From NCBI GenBank assembly GCA_049840735.1, contig JASGJN010000019.1:46735-110734 (forward strand): a stretch of 64,000 bases of DNA, given 5' to 3'. The notes under the pieces are model-generated. The model saw nothing but the letters and a program-made list of their open reading frames with translations. It ran no database searches and was not told the DNA's origin. Both the position numbers and the translations under genes were made by a program. This DNA comes from Anaeromyxobacter sp. (GTDB lineage Bacteria > Myxococcota > Myxococcia > Myxococcales > Anaeromyxobacteraceae). Below, one piece after another: positions 9,604-21,054 of the stretch. How positions within the stretch are numbered: position 1 is the stretch's first letter; each line of letters starts with the position of its first letter.

Positions 9604-11635
9604 ATGTCCCGGATCCTCCACCTGGCGCCCTGCCTCGCGCTGCTGGCGCTCGCCGGCTGCAAGTCCGTCCAGGAGCCGCTGAGCTGCGAGACCTCCGACC
9701 AGTGCCCCTCGGGCTCCACCTGCGAGCGCGGCTACTGCCACGAGGGCGTGGGCATCGCCATCGCCTCTCCCACCGGGCCGATCTGGACCAGCGGCGCGGT
9801 GGACATCCAGGTCGAGGTGGCGGCCGAGGTCTCCGCGGTGCGGATCGTGGTGGACGAGGAGGAGCGGGGCCGCGTCTCCGCCCCCTTCCTCTACACGCTG
9901 GACACGACCACGCTGGCCGAGGGCCGTCGCGAGGTCTGGGCCGAGGCCATCGTGAACGGGCAGCGCTTCCCCAGCACCCACCTCGAGGTGAACGTGGACC
10001 GGACGAAGCCGCTGCCCCCCACCTTCACCTCGCCCGCGGCCACCAACCTGCAGCCGGTGCCGCTGCAGGGCACCACGGAGGGCAGCGCGCGCGTCCAGCT
10101 CCGGTACGGCGGCGCGCCGGTCGGCGACGCGATCCAGGCCACGGCCGGCGGCGCGTGGGTCACGACCATGGCCCTCGCCCCCGGCGCGCACGTGTTCGAG
10201 GCCACCGCCAGCGATCGCGCGGGGAACACCTCGGCCCCGGCCAGCTGGACCGTGACCGTGGACCGGACCAGCCCCTCCGTGCTCACCCGGGCGCCCAGCG
10301 GCGACTCGGTCCTCTCCCGCACGGCCGTGGTGGTCACGTTCGACGAGCCCATGCGGCCGGGCAGCGTGACGGCCTCCTCGCTGGTGGTCACGGCCAGCGG
10401 CGGCCAGGCGCCCGCGATGGGCGCGCCGGCGCTCTCGTCGGACGGGCTGACGCTGACCGTCCCGGTGCTGACGGCAGGCACCGTCCCCAACAGCCTCACC
10501 GCCACGCTCTCCGGCCTCACCGACCTGGCCGGCAACGCGCTCCCGGTGGACAGCTGGTCCTGGGGCACGCCGGAGTGGGTGCCGCTGGGGACGCGGATGT
10601 ACATCGGCGCGGAGGCCCTCAGCTACGACTGGGCGCTGCTGCCCAGCGGATCTGCCGTGATGGTCGCCCAGGATGACTACGCCAGCTGCGCCAACAGGGT
10701 GCAGCTGTGGTCCGGCGACGCCTGGACGCTGCTGGCGCCGCCCAGCCACGGCGGCTCGATCTGGTACTGCGGCGGCTCCTCGGTGGCGGCCGACCTGCAG
10801 GGCGGGGTCCTGCTGGCGTCGGTCCACCGGATCGGCGGCGTGGAGCAGCTCTACGTCGATCGCTACCAGGACGGCACCTGGGTGACGCTGGGCGGCGCGC
10901 TCAACATGGACGCGACCCACCCCGCGGCCCGGCCGGTGATCCGCGTGGACAGCGCCGGCACGCCCTTCGTGCTCTGGCGCGACCGTGAGCGGGACCGCCC
11001 ACCTGTTCGCCTCCAGCTGGAACGGCACGACCTGGGAGCGCCGGTCGGGGGACGAGAGCGACGGCTTCGACCTGCACGGCGGCGTGACCGACTACGATCT
11101 GGGCATGGGACCAGGCGGGCGGGTGTCGGTCCTGTCCACCAGTGGCGGCAACCCCAAGCTCAACCGGCTCCAGGGGACCTCGACCACGCCCAACCCGCAC
11201 TACTGGCCTGGCCCCGCGGCCGCCGAGGTCGCGATCACGGTGGACGCCTCCGGGTTGGAGCTGGTGGCCGTGACCACCAGCGGTAAGGTCTCCACCTGGC
11301 GTCCGATCTGGAGCGGCGCCTCTCCGAGCTGGGCCCAGATCGGCAATCCCATCGGCACGAGCGCGACCCGCCCCACCCTCGTGTACCGGCCGGCGGCCGT
11401 GCAGGGACAGCAGCTGTTCCTCGGATACCTCGACTCGCAGCCGCGCGTGTCCGCCTTCGACGGCAACGGCTGGAGCAACGTCGGCGGAGGCCTCGGGCCC
11501 ATGCAGGGAACCCTGCACTGGGGTGGCCTGTGCCTGTCCACGAACGCCAGCGGCGGGCTGGCTGCGCTCTGGGGAGAGGTCGGCGTCGGCTCCTATACGT
11601 CGCCCACGATGGTCACCAAGGTCTACAACCGCTGA
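9604..11635 (+). CDS. Surface lipoprotein with Cys-rich motif, bacterial Ig-like domains and a beta-rich C-terminus (frameshift near 10985)
   Basis: Lipobox LAGC, CETSDQCPSGSTCERGYC, ASDRAGN, VVTFDEPM...TDLAGN. Continues in ORF 10985..11635. Confidence 0.7.
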
Positions 11636-11741
11636 GCGGCTGGGCAGCCGCCCCGGGGCGGGGCAGGGTGAGACGAGGCGTGTAGCCCCGTCGCGCGCAC
11701 CGGCAGCAAGGGACTTCCCCGTCCCTCGCTTTCCGCGGAAG

Positions 11742-13596
11742 ATGCCCGGAATGTCCCCCCGAGACCCCGGTCCCGATCGGCAGGAACGCCGCGCGCGCGG
11801 CGTCACCGCGCGGCTGCTCCAGGGAAAGGGCCGGGTGGGCGCGCCCCGCTTCGGCCAGGCCTTCACCATCGGCACGGCGCCCTCCTGCGACGTCCAGGTG
11901 GACGCCCCCGGCCTTCCGCCGGTCCACGCCGAGGTGCTGCCGGACGGGATCCTCTGGTGGATCCGCGACCTCTCCGGCGGGCCCGGGACCTTCGTCAACG
12001 GCGCCCGCGCGCAGATGGTGCCGCTGCGGGATCGCGCCGAGGTGGAGCTGGGCAAGGGCGGCCCGCGCCTCGAGCTGGTGGTGCAGAAGGCGGGACGGGG
12101 GGAGGAGGACGAGGAGCAGGAGGAGGACGACGACGACGAGGAGGCGCCGCAGCCGGCCGCCCCCGCTCGGCCCTCGCCCTTCGACTCCGCGAGCCCTGCG
12201 GGCTCGCTACGCTCAGGGCGAACGGATCGGGACCCCCAGCCGCCGGCAGCTTCGCAGCCCGGCCCGAAGCCGCCCGTCGCGACGCTCATCACCCCCGTCC
12301 CGCAGAAGGGCGCACCGCCGCCGGTGAAGACCGAGCTCCAGCCGGCCCGCCCTGCCACGGGAAAGGGCCAGCCCCCGCCCCCGCGCCCGGACGACGACGA
12401 TGACGCCCCCACGGTGAAGCGCCCGCCGCGCAAGGGCGCCGCCGAGCCCGGGCCCAGCGGGAAGCCCGCCACGGAGAAGGACCTGCTGCGCCGCTTCCTG
12501 CGCAAGGACGCGCCCGGCGCGGCGGTCGGCCACGAGACCATGATGTTCCGCAAGGCGCTGGCCACCGCCAAGAAGCGGTCGCTGCTACCCTGGCAGATCC
12601 TGGCCTCGGTGGCGCTCACCGCGGCGCTGCTGGCGGCCGGCGTCATCTACCACCAGCAGCGCAAGCTCACCGAGCTGCGCGCCAGCGCCGAGAAGCTCTT
12701 CTACGCCTCCCGCGCCATGGAGGTGGAGGTGGCCCAGCTCGAGGAGATCGTGCTGGCCCACACCGACCGGAAGGTCCTGCAGGAGCTGCTGGACCGGAAG
12801 TCCAGGCACGCCGCGCTGGAGGCCGAGTACGACAGCTTCGTGCGCGAGCTGGGCGTCTACGCCAAGGCCTCGCGCGACGAGCAGGTGATCATGCGCGTGG
12901 CCCGCGCCTTCGGCGAGTGCGGAATCGGCATGCCGAAGGACTTCGTGGCCCAGGTGCGGATCTACGTGGACCGCTGGCGCACCTCCAACCGGCTGGCCAA
13001 CGCCCTGAAGCGCTCGGCGGCGCGCGGCTACGGCCCGGCCATCCAGCGCGTCTTCGTGGAGGCCGGGCTGCCCCAGGCAGTACGTCTACCTGCCGCTGCA
13101 GGAGAGCGGCTACGACGACCGCGCGGTGGGCCCGCCCACCCGCTACGGCCACGCCAAGGGCATGTGGCAGTTCATCTCCGCCACCGCCACGCGCTACGGC
13201 CTGCAGATCGGTCCGCTCTACAATCAGCCGGCCTACGACCCGCGCGACGACCGGTTCGACTGGCAGAAGGCCACCACCGCGGCCGTGCGCTACATCAAGG
13301 AGCTGAACGCCGAGGAGGCCCAGGCCTCCGGGCTCCTGGTCCTGGCCTCCTACAACTGGGGCGAGACGCACGTCCGGGAGACCATCGAGAGCCTCCCGGC
13401 CAACCCGCGGGAGCGGAACTTCTGGCGGCTGCTCCGTGACCGGCGCGTCCCGAAGGAGACCTACGACTACGTCATGTCGATCTTCTCGGCCGCCGTGATC
13501 TGCGAGGATCCGAAGCTTTTCGGCTTCGACCTGACCTGCCCCGAGCTGCAGGAGCTGGACGTACGTCCGGCCAGCGGCGCCCCCGCGCGGCAGTGA
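11742..13596 (+). CDS. FHA domain - Pro-rich linker - TM - MltD-like lytic transglycosylase fusion (frameshift near 13078)
   Basis: FHA-like FTIGTAPSCDV...HAEV...IRDL.G..GTFVNG, TM WQILASVALTAALLAAGVIY, SLT motifs LPLQESGY, AKGMWQFI..TA.RYGL, ASYNWGE, ETYDYV. Confidence 0.8.
12176..12225 (+). repeat. REP-like palindromic element inside the FHA-SLT coding sequence
   Basis: gcccttcgactcc-gcgagccc tgc gggctcgc-tacgctcagggcgaacgg. Confidence 0.85.
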
Positions 13597-13751
13597 GCCA
13601 CAGCCGGCCGGCCCTGGCCCGTCGATCCCCGTCCTGGGGGTGAAACAGCCGCATGGCCAGACCCCTCGTTTCGAGGGATACTGACCGGACCGGCAGTGCA
13701 CACAGGATGGGCCCCGGCCACGCGCAGCGCGGCCGTCGGGAGGGGAACCGC

Positions 13752-16372
13752 ATGCGCGTCGAGGCTCGCTCGCTGGTCCGGAAGCTCACCCCCACCGCCA
13801 CCCGCGCGCTCGAGGCCTCGGTGGGCCGCGCCGCCCAGGGCGGCTACTACGAGCTGACGGTGGAGCACCTGCTCTCGTCGCTGCTCGAGCCGGACGAAGG
13901 CGACGTCGCGCTGCTGATGCAGGCGCACGGCGCCAATCGCCGCCGGCTGGCCGGCGCGGTGGAGCGGGTCCTCTCCGCCATGAAGACCGGCAACCCGGGG
14001 CGCCCGGTCATCTCGGAGAGCGTCTTCACCTGGCTGGAGGAGGCCTGGCTGACCGCGTCGGTGGACCTGGGCGCGTCCAAGCTGCGCACCGGCCACCTGC
14101 TGCTGCAGCTGGTCGCCAAGCCCGACCGCTACACCGGCGACTCCTACGCGGTGCTGGAGGAGCTGGACGAGAAGGCCATGAAGGCCGGGCTGGAGGACCT
14201 GCTGGCCGGCAGCCCGGAGGCGCACGAGGCGCTGGTGGAGGGCGCGGCGGCGCCGGGCGGCGAGGGTGCTCCCGGCAAGCCCGGGCAGGCCGGCGGTGAG
14301 GCGCTGGCGCGCTTCGCCACCAACTTCACGCAGCGCGCCCGCGACGGCAAGATCGACCCCATCTTCGGCCGCCACCGCGAGATCCGCCAGGTGATCGACA
14401 TCCTGGCCCGCCGCCGCAAGAACAACCCCATCATCGTGGGCGAGCCGGGCGTGGGGAAGACCGCGCTGGTCGAGGGGCTGGCGATCGCCATCGCCGCGGG
14501 CGACGTGCCGGACGCGCTGAAGGAGGTCGAGCTGCTGGGGCTCGACCTGGGGCTGCTCCAGGCCGGCGCCAGCGTGCGCGGCGAGTTCGAGAACCGGCTC
14601 AAGGCGGTCATCTCGGAGGTGAAGGCCTCGGCCCGGCCCATCATCCTCTTCATCGACGAGGCCCACACCATGATCGGCGCCGGCGGCACGGCCGGCGGCA
14701 GCGACGCGGCCAACCTGCTCAAGCCGGCGCTGGCGCGCGGCGAGCTGCGGACCATCGCGGCCACCACCTGGAGCGAGTACAAGAAGTACTTCGAGAAGGA
14801 CGCCGCCCTGGAGCGGCGCTTCCAGCCGGTCAAGGTGGACGAGCCCTCCGACGAGGACGCGGTGGTGATGCTGCGCGGCCTGCGCGCCGCCTACGAGGCG
14901 GCGCACGGGGTGGTGATCCGCGACGAGGCCATCACCGCCGCCGTGACCCTGTCCCGCCGCTACCTCTCCGGCCGGCAGCTGCCGGACAAGGCGGTGGACC
15001 TGCTCGACACCGCCGCCGCCCGCGTCAAGATCGCCCTGGCCGCCCGGCCGGAGGCGCTGGTGGCGGCGCAGGAGGAGATCGCCGCCCTGGAGCGGGCCCG
15101 CGCCGCGGTGACCCGCGACGTGACCGACGGCCAGCGCAAGGAGGACGGCGCGGTGGCCGACCTCGACGCCCGCCTGGCGGCGGCGCGCGACCGCGTGGCG
15201 GGGCTGGAGACGCGGCTGGGCGCGGAGCGCGCGGCGGTGGAGGCCCTGCGCGCGGCGCGGGCCGCGCTGGCCGAGGGGAAGGGCGACCGGGCCGCGGTGG
15301 ACGCGGCGGCGGAGGCGCTGGCCAAGCTGCAGGGCGAGCGCCCGCTGCTCCACGCCGAGGTGGACGCCGACGCGGTGGCCCGCGTGATCGAGGCCTGGAC
15401 CGGCGTGCCGGCGGGCAAGATGCGCTCGGGGCAGATCCAGGCGGTGCTGGAGGTCGAGCAGCGGCTCACCGAGCGCGTGAAGGGGCAGCCGGAGGCGGTG
15501 AAGGCGGTGGCCGAGGCGCTGCGCATCTCGCACGCCGGCATCCGCAACCCGGGCGCGCCGGTGGGCGTGCTGCTCTTCGTGGGCCCCAGCGGCGTGGGCA
15601 AGACCGAGACCGCGGTGGCGCTGGCCGACCTGCTCTACGGCGGCGAGCGGTTCATGACCCAGATCGCCATGAGCGAGTTCCAGGAGAAGCACTCGGTCTC
15701 GCGGCTGATCGGCTCGCCCCCGGGCTACGTCGGCTACGGCGAGGGCGGCCGGCTCACCGAGGCGGTGCGGCAGCGCCCGTACTCGGTGGTGCTGCTGGAC
15801 GAGTGCGAGAAGGCCGACCTGGAGGTGATGAACCTCTTCTACCAGGTGTTCGACAAGGGCACCCTCACCGACGGTGAGGGGCGCGAGGTGGACTTCAAGA
15901 ACACCCTGGTGATCCTCACCTCCAACCTGGCCACCGACCTGATCATGGCGGCCTTCGACGACGAGGAGAAGCCCACCGCCGAGCAGGTGGCGGCCGCCAT
16001 CCGGCCCATCCTCTCCAAGCACTTCAAGCCGGCGCTGCTGGCCCGCATGACCATCGTCCCCTTCGCGCCGCTGCCGAAGGACGTGCTGAAGGGAGATCGT
16101 CCAGCTCAAGCTGGGCGCGCTGGCGAAGCGGCTCACCGCCAGCCACGGCATCCAGGCCGCCTTCGCGCCGGAGCTGGTGGACCACCTGGCCGGCCGCTGC
16201 CAGGACCCGGGAGACCGGCGCCCGCAACGTGGACCACGTGCTGCGCGGCGGGCTCATGTCCGACCTCGCCCGCGCGCTGCTGGAGCGGATGGCCTCCGGC
16301 ACCCCCGCCGCCCGCGTGGCGGTGGCGGTGGACGCCCAGGGCGCCTTCCAGATCACCTTCGACGAGGCCTGA
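13752..16372 (+). CDS. tssH: Type VI secretion AAA+ ATPase ClpV/TssH (frameshifts near 16092 and 16210)
   Basis: TssH-type N-terminus (LVRKL...LE....A....YELTVEHLL), GEPGVGKT, LQAGASVRGEFENRL, TTWSEYKKYFEKDAALERRFQ, GPSGVGKT, RLIGSPPGYVG. Adjacent to tagH. Confidence 0.9.
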
Positions 16373-16375
16373 GCC

Positions 16376-17899
16376 ATGCTCGCCCTGCACGTCCGTGTCC
16401 AGGAGCTCGACGGCGGCGGGACCCACGAGACCTACGCGTTCCACCGCTCGCCGGTGCGCGTGGGGCGGGGCGAGCTGAACGACCTGCGGCTTGACTATCC
16501 GTACGTCTCGAACTGGCACGGGCTGATCCAGTTCGACGACGAGGGGATCCGCTTCGTGGACCTGGGGTCCACCAACGGCTCGTTCCTGGACGGCGTGCGG
16601 CTGGACAAGAACGTCCAGGCCACCATCCAGCCCAGCCACGAGCTCCTGCTGGGCCGGCTGCAGCTGGTGCTGAGCCGCGAGAGCGCCGAGGCGCACGCGC
16701 CGGCGCCGCCGGCCCCGCCGCACTCGGTGACGATGTTCGCCCGGCGCGTGGCGCTGGACCAGGCCGTGGCCGGCGCCCTCTCCGGCCGGCTGGAGAAGCT
16801 GGCCCGCGAGGAGGCGGGCGCGCCTGCCCTCCCGGTCGAGCCGGCGGCTCCGCACGTCGAGGCCGCGCACGCGCCGGCGCCGCACCTCCCGGCGCCCCCG
16901 CCTCCATCTCCGCTCCCGCCCCCGCCGCCTGCGCCGGTGGCCGACAGCCCGGCCCTGCTGGCCGCACTGGACACCGCCTCCTGGCAGCTGGGCGTGCTGC
17001 ACGACGCCTGCAAGCAGGCCGACGAGAACTTCACGGCGGCGCTGGACCAGGCCATCGCCTTCCTGAGCGAGCCGGAGCAGGCCCGCGCCCGGGTGCTCGC
17101 GGCCGAGCGCTTCCCGAACGCGCCGGGCCAGCCCGCCGCCGCCGCGCCGCCGGCCTGGGCGGCCCCGGCTCCGGTGGTTCCGGATCAGGCGGCCCCGCCC
17201 CGCTCGGACTCCGTTCGCGGTGAGCCTGTCGAACCGCGAACGGGGGCTGAATGGGGCCCAGGACGGCCCCCCGACGACAGCCCCGGCGCCGCCACCGCGC
17301 TGCTGCGCGTCTTCGCCGAGGCCTACCTCGGGCCGGAGGCCGCCCCGCGCACGCCCGAGGCCCAGCAGGCGCTGCTCTCGGTGCTGGCCGAGGTGCTGGA
17401 GACGGCGGCGCGCGGCTACCTCGAGCTGCGCAGCGGCTACGAGCAGTTCGCCCGCGAGATCGGCATCCGCCTGCCGCGCAGCGAGGGGGCCATCGGCAAG
17501 ATCACCGACGCCAACCAGCTGGTGACCTGGCTGCTCCAGCCCACCGACGGCGAGCCGCGCGCCCACCAGCTGGGCAGCGCCTTCGCGGATCTCATGATCC
17601 ACCAGGTGGGCCTGCTGAACGGCGTGCAGGCCGGCGGCCGCGCCCTGCTGGACCGCCTGTCGCCCGGCGCGCTGACGCGCGAGGTGGAGAAGAAGGGCGG
17701 CTTCGGCATCGGCCTCCGCCCGCTTCGCGAGGCGGCGCTGTGGCGGGCGCTGGAGGAGAAGTTCCAGGAGCTGACAGAGGAGGACAACGCCGTCACCGAC
17801 GTCCTCTTCGGCAAGGAGTTCGCGCGGGCCTACGCGGCCCTGACCGGCCGCCGCCCCACCGGCGACAGCGACCCGCGCCTCGACCAGAAGCGGCGCTGA
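16376..17899 (+). CDS. tagH: T6SS-associated FHA protein (TagH-like)
   Basis: FHA GRGELNDL...VSNWHG...DLGSTNG, C-terminal AFADLMIHQVGLLNGVQAG...LDRLSP...LW...FGKEFARAY. Confidence 0.75.
   Translation: MLALHVRVQELDGGGTHETYAFHRSPVRVGRGELNDLRLDYPYVSNWHGLIQFDDEGIRFVDLGSTNGSFLDGVRLDKNVQATIQPSHELLLGRLQLVLSRESAEAHAPAPPAPPHSVTMFARRVALDQAVAGALSGRLEKLAREEAGAPALPVEPAAPHVEAAHAPAPHLPAPPPPSPLPPPPPAPVADSPALLAALDTASWQLGVLHDACKQADENFTAALDQAIAFLSEPEQARARVLAAERFPNAPGQPAAAAPPAWAAPAPVVPDQAAPPRSDSVRGEPVEPRTGAEWGPGRPPDDSPGAATALLRVFAEAYLGPEAAPRTPEAQQALLSVLAEVLETAARGYLELRSGYEQFAREIGIRLPRSEGAIGKITDANQLVTWLLQPTDGEPRAHQLGSAFADLMIHQVGLLNGVQAGGRALLDRLSPGALTREVEKKGGFGIGLRPLREAALWRALEEKFQELTEEDNAVTDVLFGKEFARAYAALTGRRPTGDSDPRLDQKRR
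17211..17243. repeat. 33-bp minimal REP-like hairpin in frame inside tagH
   Basis: ccgttcgcggt gagcctgtcga accgcgaacgg. The reverse complement shares ttcgacaggctca...cgaacgg with 56021..56046. Confidence 0.75.
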
Positions 17900-17919
17900 G
17901 CGCCCCCCGGAGACCCACC

Positions 17920-18867
17920 ATGAACCGTTCCTCGCGCTCCGCCGCGCCCGCCCTCGCGGCGCTCGCCCTGGCCCTGCCCGCCTGCGCCCCCACCAGCCCG
18001 CACCCCTGGTCCTACGAGGGCATCTGCTCCGTCGACGTGGACATGGGCCAGGCCGCCGACGCGGCCGCCTGGCGACGCCTGGTGCTGGGTGACCGCTCCC
18101 ACCGCGGCGTGCGGGACTGCACCGGCACGCCGGTGGTGTGGGAGGGCCCGGTGCTCCAGTGCGGCGACGCCGAGGTCACCCGCGCCGCGCTGCCGGCCCG
18201 CCCCGCCTCGGAAGGCGGCGAGGACGTGGTGGTCAGCGACGTGGACCCCTCGCACAAGCTGGTCTGGGTGCTCACCGACTTCCTGGCCACCGGCGACGCG
18301 CTGGGGCCGGTGGCGCTGGTCGAGATCCGCAACCGCATGATCCGCGTCGAGGCCATCGGCACGCTGCGCGCCTACCGGAGCGCCAAGCTGCGCCTGGTCC
18401 ACTCCGGCGGCGCGGTGGTGCTGGTGGCGGAGGGGCAGGGCTGCGCCGGCGCCGGCCCGTCCACCTGCGGGCGCGCGGCGCGCCTGATGGCGCTCTCCGG
18501 CGCGCGCTTCCAGCAGAGCCAGCTGGTGGACGCCGGCGGCAGCTGCCTGGGCGCGGGCTGGGTGCAGCTGCAGCGCGAGGAGTACGAGGGCGGCACCGGC
18601 GGGCGCGAGCGCGTCTTCCGCCTCGACGCCTCGGTGGCCGGCGCCCCGGACGGCCTGAAGCTGACCGAGCTGGTCACCGTCCACGACCGCGACCCGCGCC
18701 GCCCCGAGGCGCCGGAGAAGCTGGTGCGCCGGGCCGAGTCCACCGCCGTCTACCGCGTGAACGGCGCCAACCTGGCCGGCGAGGCCGGCCCGCTCTGGGC
18801 CCGCATGGCCCCCGCCCCGGCGCCCGCCGCGCCGGTGCCGGTGCCGGCGCGCGGCCGCCGGAACTGA
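17920..18867 (+). CDS. Uncharacterised Cys-containing lipoprotein, last gene of the clpV-tagH block
   Basis: ATG 17920, lipobox LPAC, 21 nt after the tagH stop, coding-like G/C third positions. Confidence 0.7.
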   Translation: MNRSSRSAAPALAALALALPACAPTSPHPWSYEGICSVDVDMGQAADAAAWRRLVLGDRSHRGVRDCTGTPVVWEGPVLQCGDAEVTRAALPARPASEGGEDVVVSDVDPSHKLVWVLTDFLATGDALGPVALVEIRNRMIRVEAIGTLRAYRSAKLRLVHSGGAVVLVAEGQGCAGAGPSTCGRAARLMALSGARFQQSQLVDAGGSCLGAGWVQLQREEYEGGTGGRERVFRLDASVAGAPDGLKLTELVTVHDRDPRRPEAPEKLVRRAESTAVYRVNGANLAGEAGPLWARMAPAPAPAAPVPVPARGRRN

Positions 18868-18980
18868 GCGGGGTCCGGCTGCCCTCCGACTTCGCCGTGC
18901 CATCGGGACAAGCGGGACGGGGGGTGGGCCGATCCCGGTCCCGAGCGCGGCTTCCCCTTGGCGACGCGGTAGAGCGGCGG

Positions 18981-21023
18981 CGCGATCGCACCGGAGGGGA
19001 CGGCACTGCGGGCCTTGCGAAGGATCCGTTCGGGCTGAGCGTAGCGGCCGCGAGGCGGCCGCGGAGTCGAAGCCCAAGGTTGCCACCGGGATCCGCAGGC
19101 GTTCGGTCCCCGTTCATCCTTCGACTCCGGGCCCGGTCCACCGGATCCTGCCGAGCCGAGGCCGGGCCCCTACGCTCAGGACGAACGGATGTGGGACCGC
19201 GATCGCACCGGAGAGGACGGCACTGCGGGCCTTGCGAAGGATCCGTTCGGGCTGAGCGTAGCGGCCGCGTAGCGGCCGCGGAGTCGAAGCCCAAGGTTGC
19301 CACCGGGATCCGCAGGCGTTCGGTCCCCGTTCATCCTTCGACTTCGGGCCCGGTCCACCGGATCCTGCCGAGCCGAGGCCGGGCCCTACGCTCAGGACGA
19401 ACGGGATGGGGACCGCGATCGCACCGGTGGGGAACGGCACTGCGGGCCTTGCGAAGGATCCGTTCGGGCTGAGCGTAGCGGCCGCGAGGCGGCCGCGGAG
19501 TCGAAGCCCAGGGCTTGCCACCGGGAGCCGCAGGCGTTCGGTCCCCGTTCATCCTTCGACTCCGGGCCCGGCCCACCGGATCCTGCCGAGCCGAGGCCGG
19601 GCCCTACGCTCAGGACGAACGGGATGGGGACCGCAATCGCACCGGAGGGGACGGCACTGCGGGCCTTGCGAAGGATCCGTTCGGGCTGAGCGTAGCGGCC
19701 GCGTAGCGGCCGCGGAGTCGAAGCCCAAGGTTGCCACCGGGATCCGCAGGCGTTCGGTCCCCGTTCATCCTTCGACTTCGGGCCCGGTCCACCGGATCCT
19801 GCCGAGCCGAGGCCGGGCCCTACGCTCAGGACGAACGGGATGGGGACCGCGATCGCACCGGTGGGGAACGGCACTGCGGGCCTTGCGAAGGATCCGTTCG
19901 GGCTGAGCGTAGCGGCCGCGAGGCGGCCGCGGAGTCGAAGCCCAGGGCTTGCCACCGGGAGCCGCAGGCGTTCGGTCCCCGTTCATCCTTCGACTCCGGG
20001 CCTGGTCCACCGGATCCTGCCCGAGCCGAGTCCGGGCCCTACGCTCAGGACGAACGGGATGGGGACCGCAATCGCACCGGAGGGGACGGCACTGCGGGCC
20101 TTGCGAAGGATCCGTTCGGGCTGAGCGTAGCGGCCGCGAAGCGGCCGCGGAGTGGAAGCCCAGGGCTTGCCACCGGGATTCGCAGGCGTTCGGTCCCCGT
20201 TCATCCTTCGACTCCGGGCCCGGCCCACCGGATCCTGCCGAGCCGAGGCCGGGCCCTACGCTCAGGACGAACGGATGGGGACCGCGATCGCACCGGAGGA
20301 GACGGCACTGCGGGCCTTGCGAAGGATCCGTTCGGGCTGAGCGTAGCGGCCGCGAGGCGGCCGCGGAGTCGAAGCCCAAGGTTGCCACCGGGATCCGCAG
20401 GCGTTCGGTCCCCGTTCATCCTTCGACTCCGGGCCCGGTCCACCGGATCCTGCCGAGCCGAGGCCGGGCCCTACGCTCAGGACGAACGGGGATGGGGGAC
20501 CGCGATCGCACCGGAGGGGACGGCACTGCGGGCCTTGCGAAGGATCCGTTCGGGCTGAGCGTAGCGGCCGCGAAGCGGCCGCGGAGTCGAAGCCCAGGGC
20601 TTGCCACCGGGAGCCGCAGGCGTTCGGTCCCCGTTCATCCTTCGACTCCGGGCCTGGTCCACCGGATCCTGCCGAGCCGAGGCCGGGCCCTACGCTCAGG
20701 ACGAACGGGATGGGGACCGCGATCGCACCGGAGATGCTCGCGGCGCAGCCAATCCGTTCGGGCTGAGCGTAGCGGCCGCGTAGCGGCCGCGGAGTCGAAG
20801 CCCAGGGCTTGCCACCGGGATCCGCAGGCGTTCGGTCCCCGTTCATCCTTCGACTTCGGGCCCGGTCCACCGGATCCTGCCGAGCCGAGGCCGGGCCCTA
20901 CGCTCAGGACGAACGGGATGGGGACCGCGATCGCACCAGTGGGGACGGCACTGCGGGCCTTGCGAAGGATCCGTTCGGGCTGAGCGTAGCGGCCGCGAGG
21001 CGGCCGCGGAGTCGAAGCCCAGG
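18981..21023. repeat. Tandem array of about 217-bp units (about 9.4 copies), each with two inverted REP-like elements (BIME/REPIN-like)
   Basis: Unit starts at 18981, 19198, 19414, 19632, 19848, 20067, 20283, 20501, 20718, 20926. Lies between convergent genes. Confidence 0.95.
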
Positions 21024-21054
21024 CGCGGGGTGGTCCTCGCGAGCGGCCCCACCC

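Noticed and set aside
13752..16372. Housekeeping ClpB
   Set aside because: The N-terminus, the LQAGA and TTWSEYKKYFEKD motifs and the adjacency to a TagH-like gene fit ClpV/TssH better.
19026..19075. Hammerhead ribozyme in the repeat (CTGAG...CGAAG)
   Set aside because: The core reads CUGAGCG/CGAAG rather than CUGANGA/GAAA, and no third stem with a cleavage triplet is evident.
18981..21023. CRISPR array
   Set aside because: Units are about 217 bp and nearly identical throughout, with no series of unique spacers and no cas genes in the window.
18981..21023. Protein-coding ORFs over the tandem array
   Set aside because: Unit length varies (208-219 nt) and does not preserve frame. The ORFs on both strands are by-products of GC-rich repeats.
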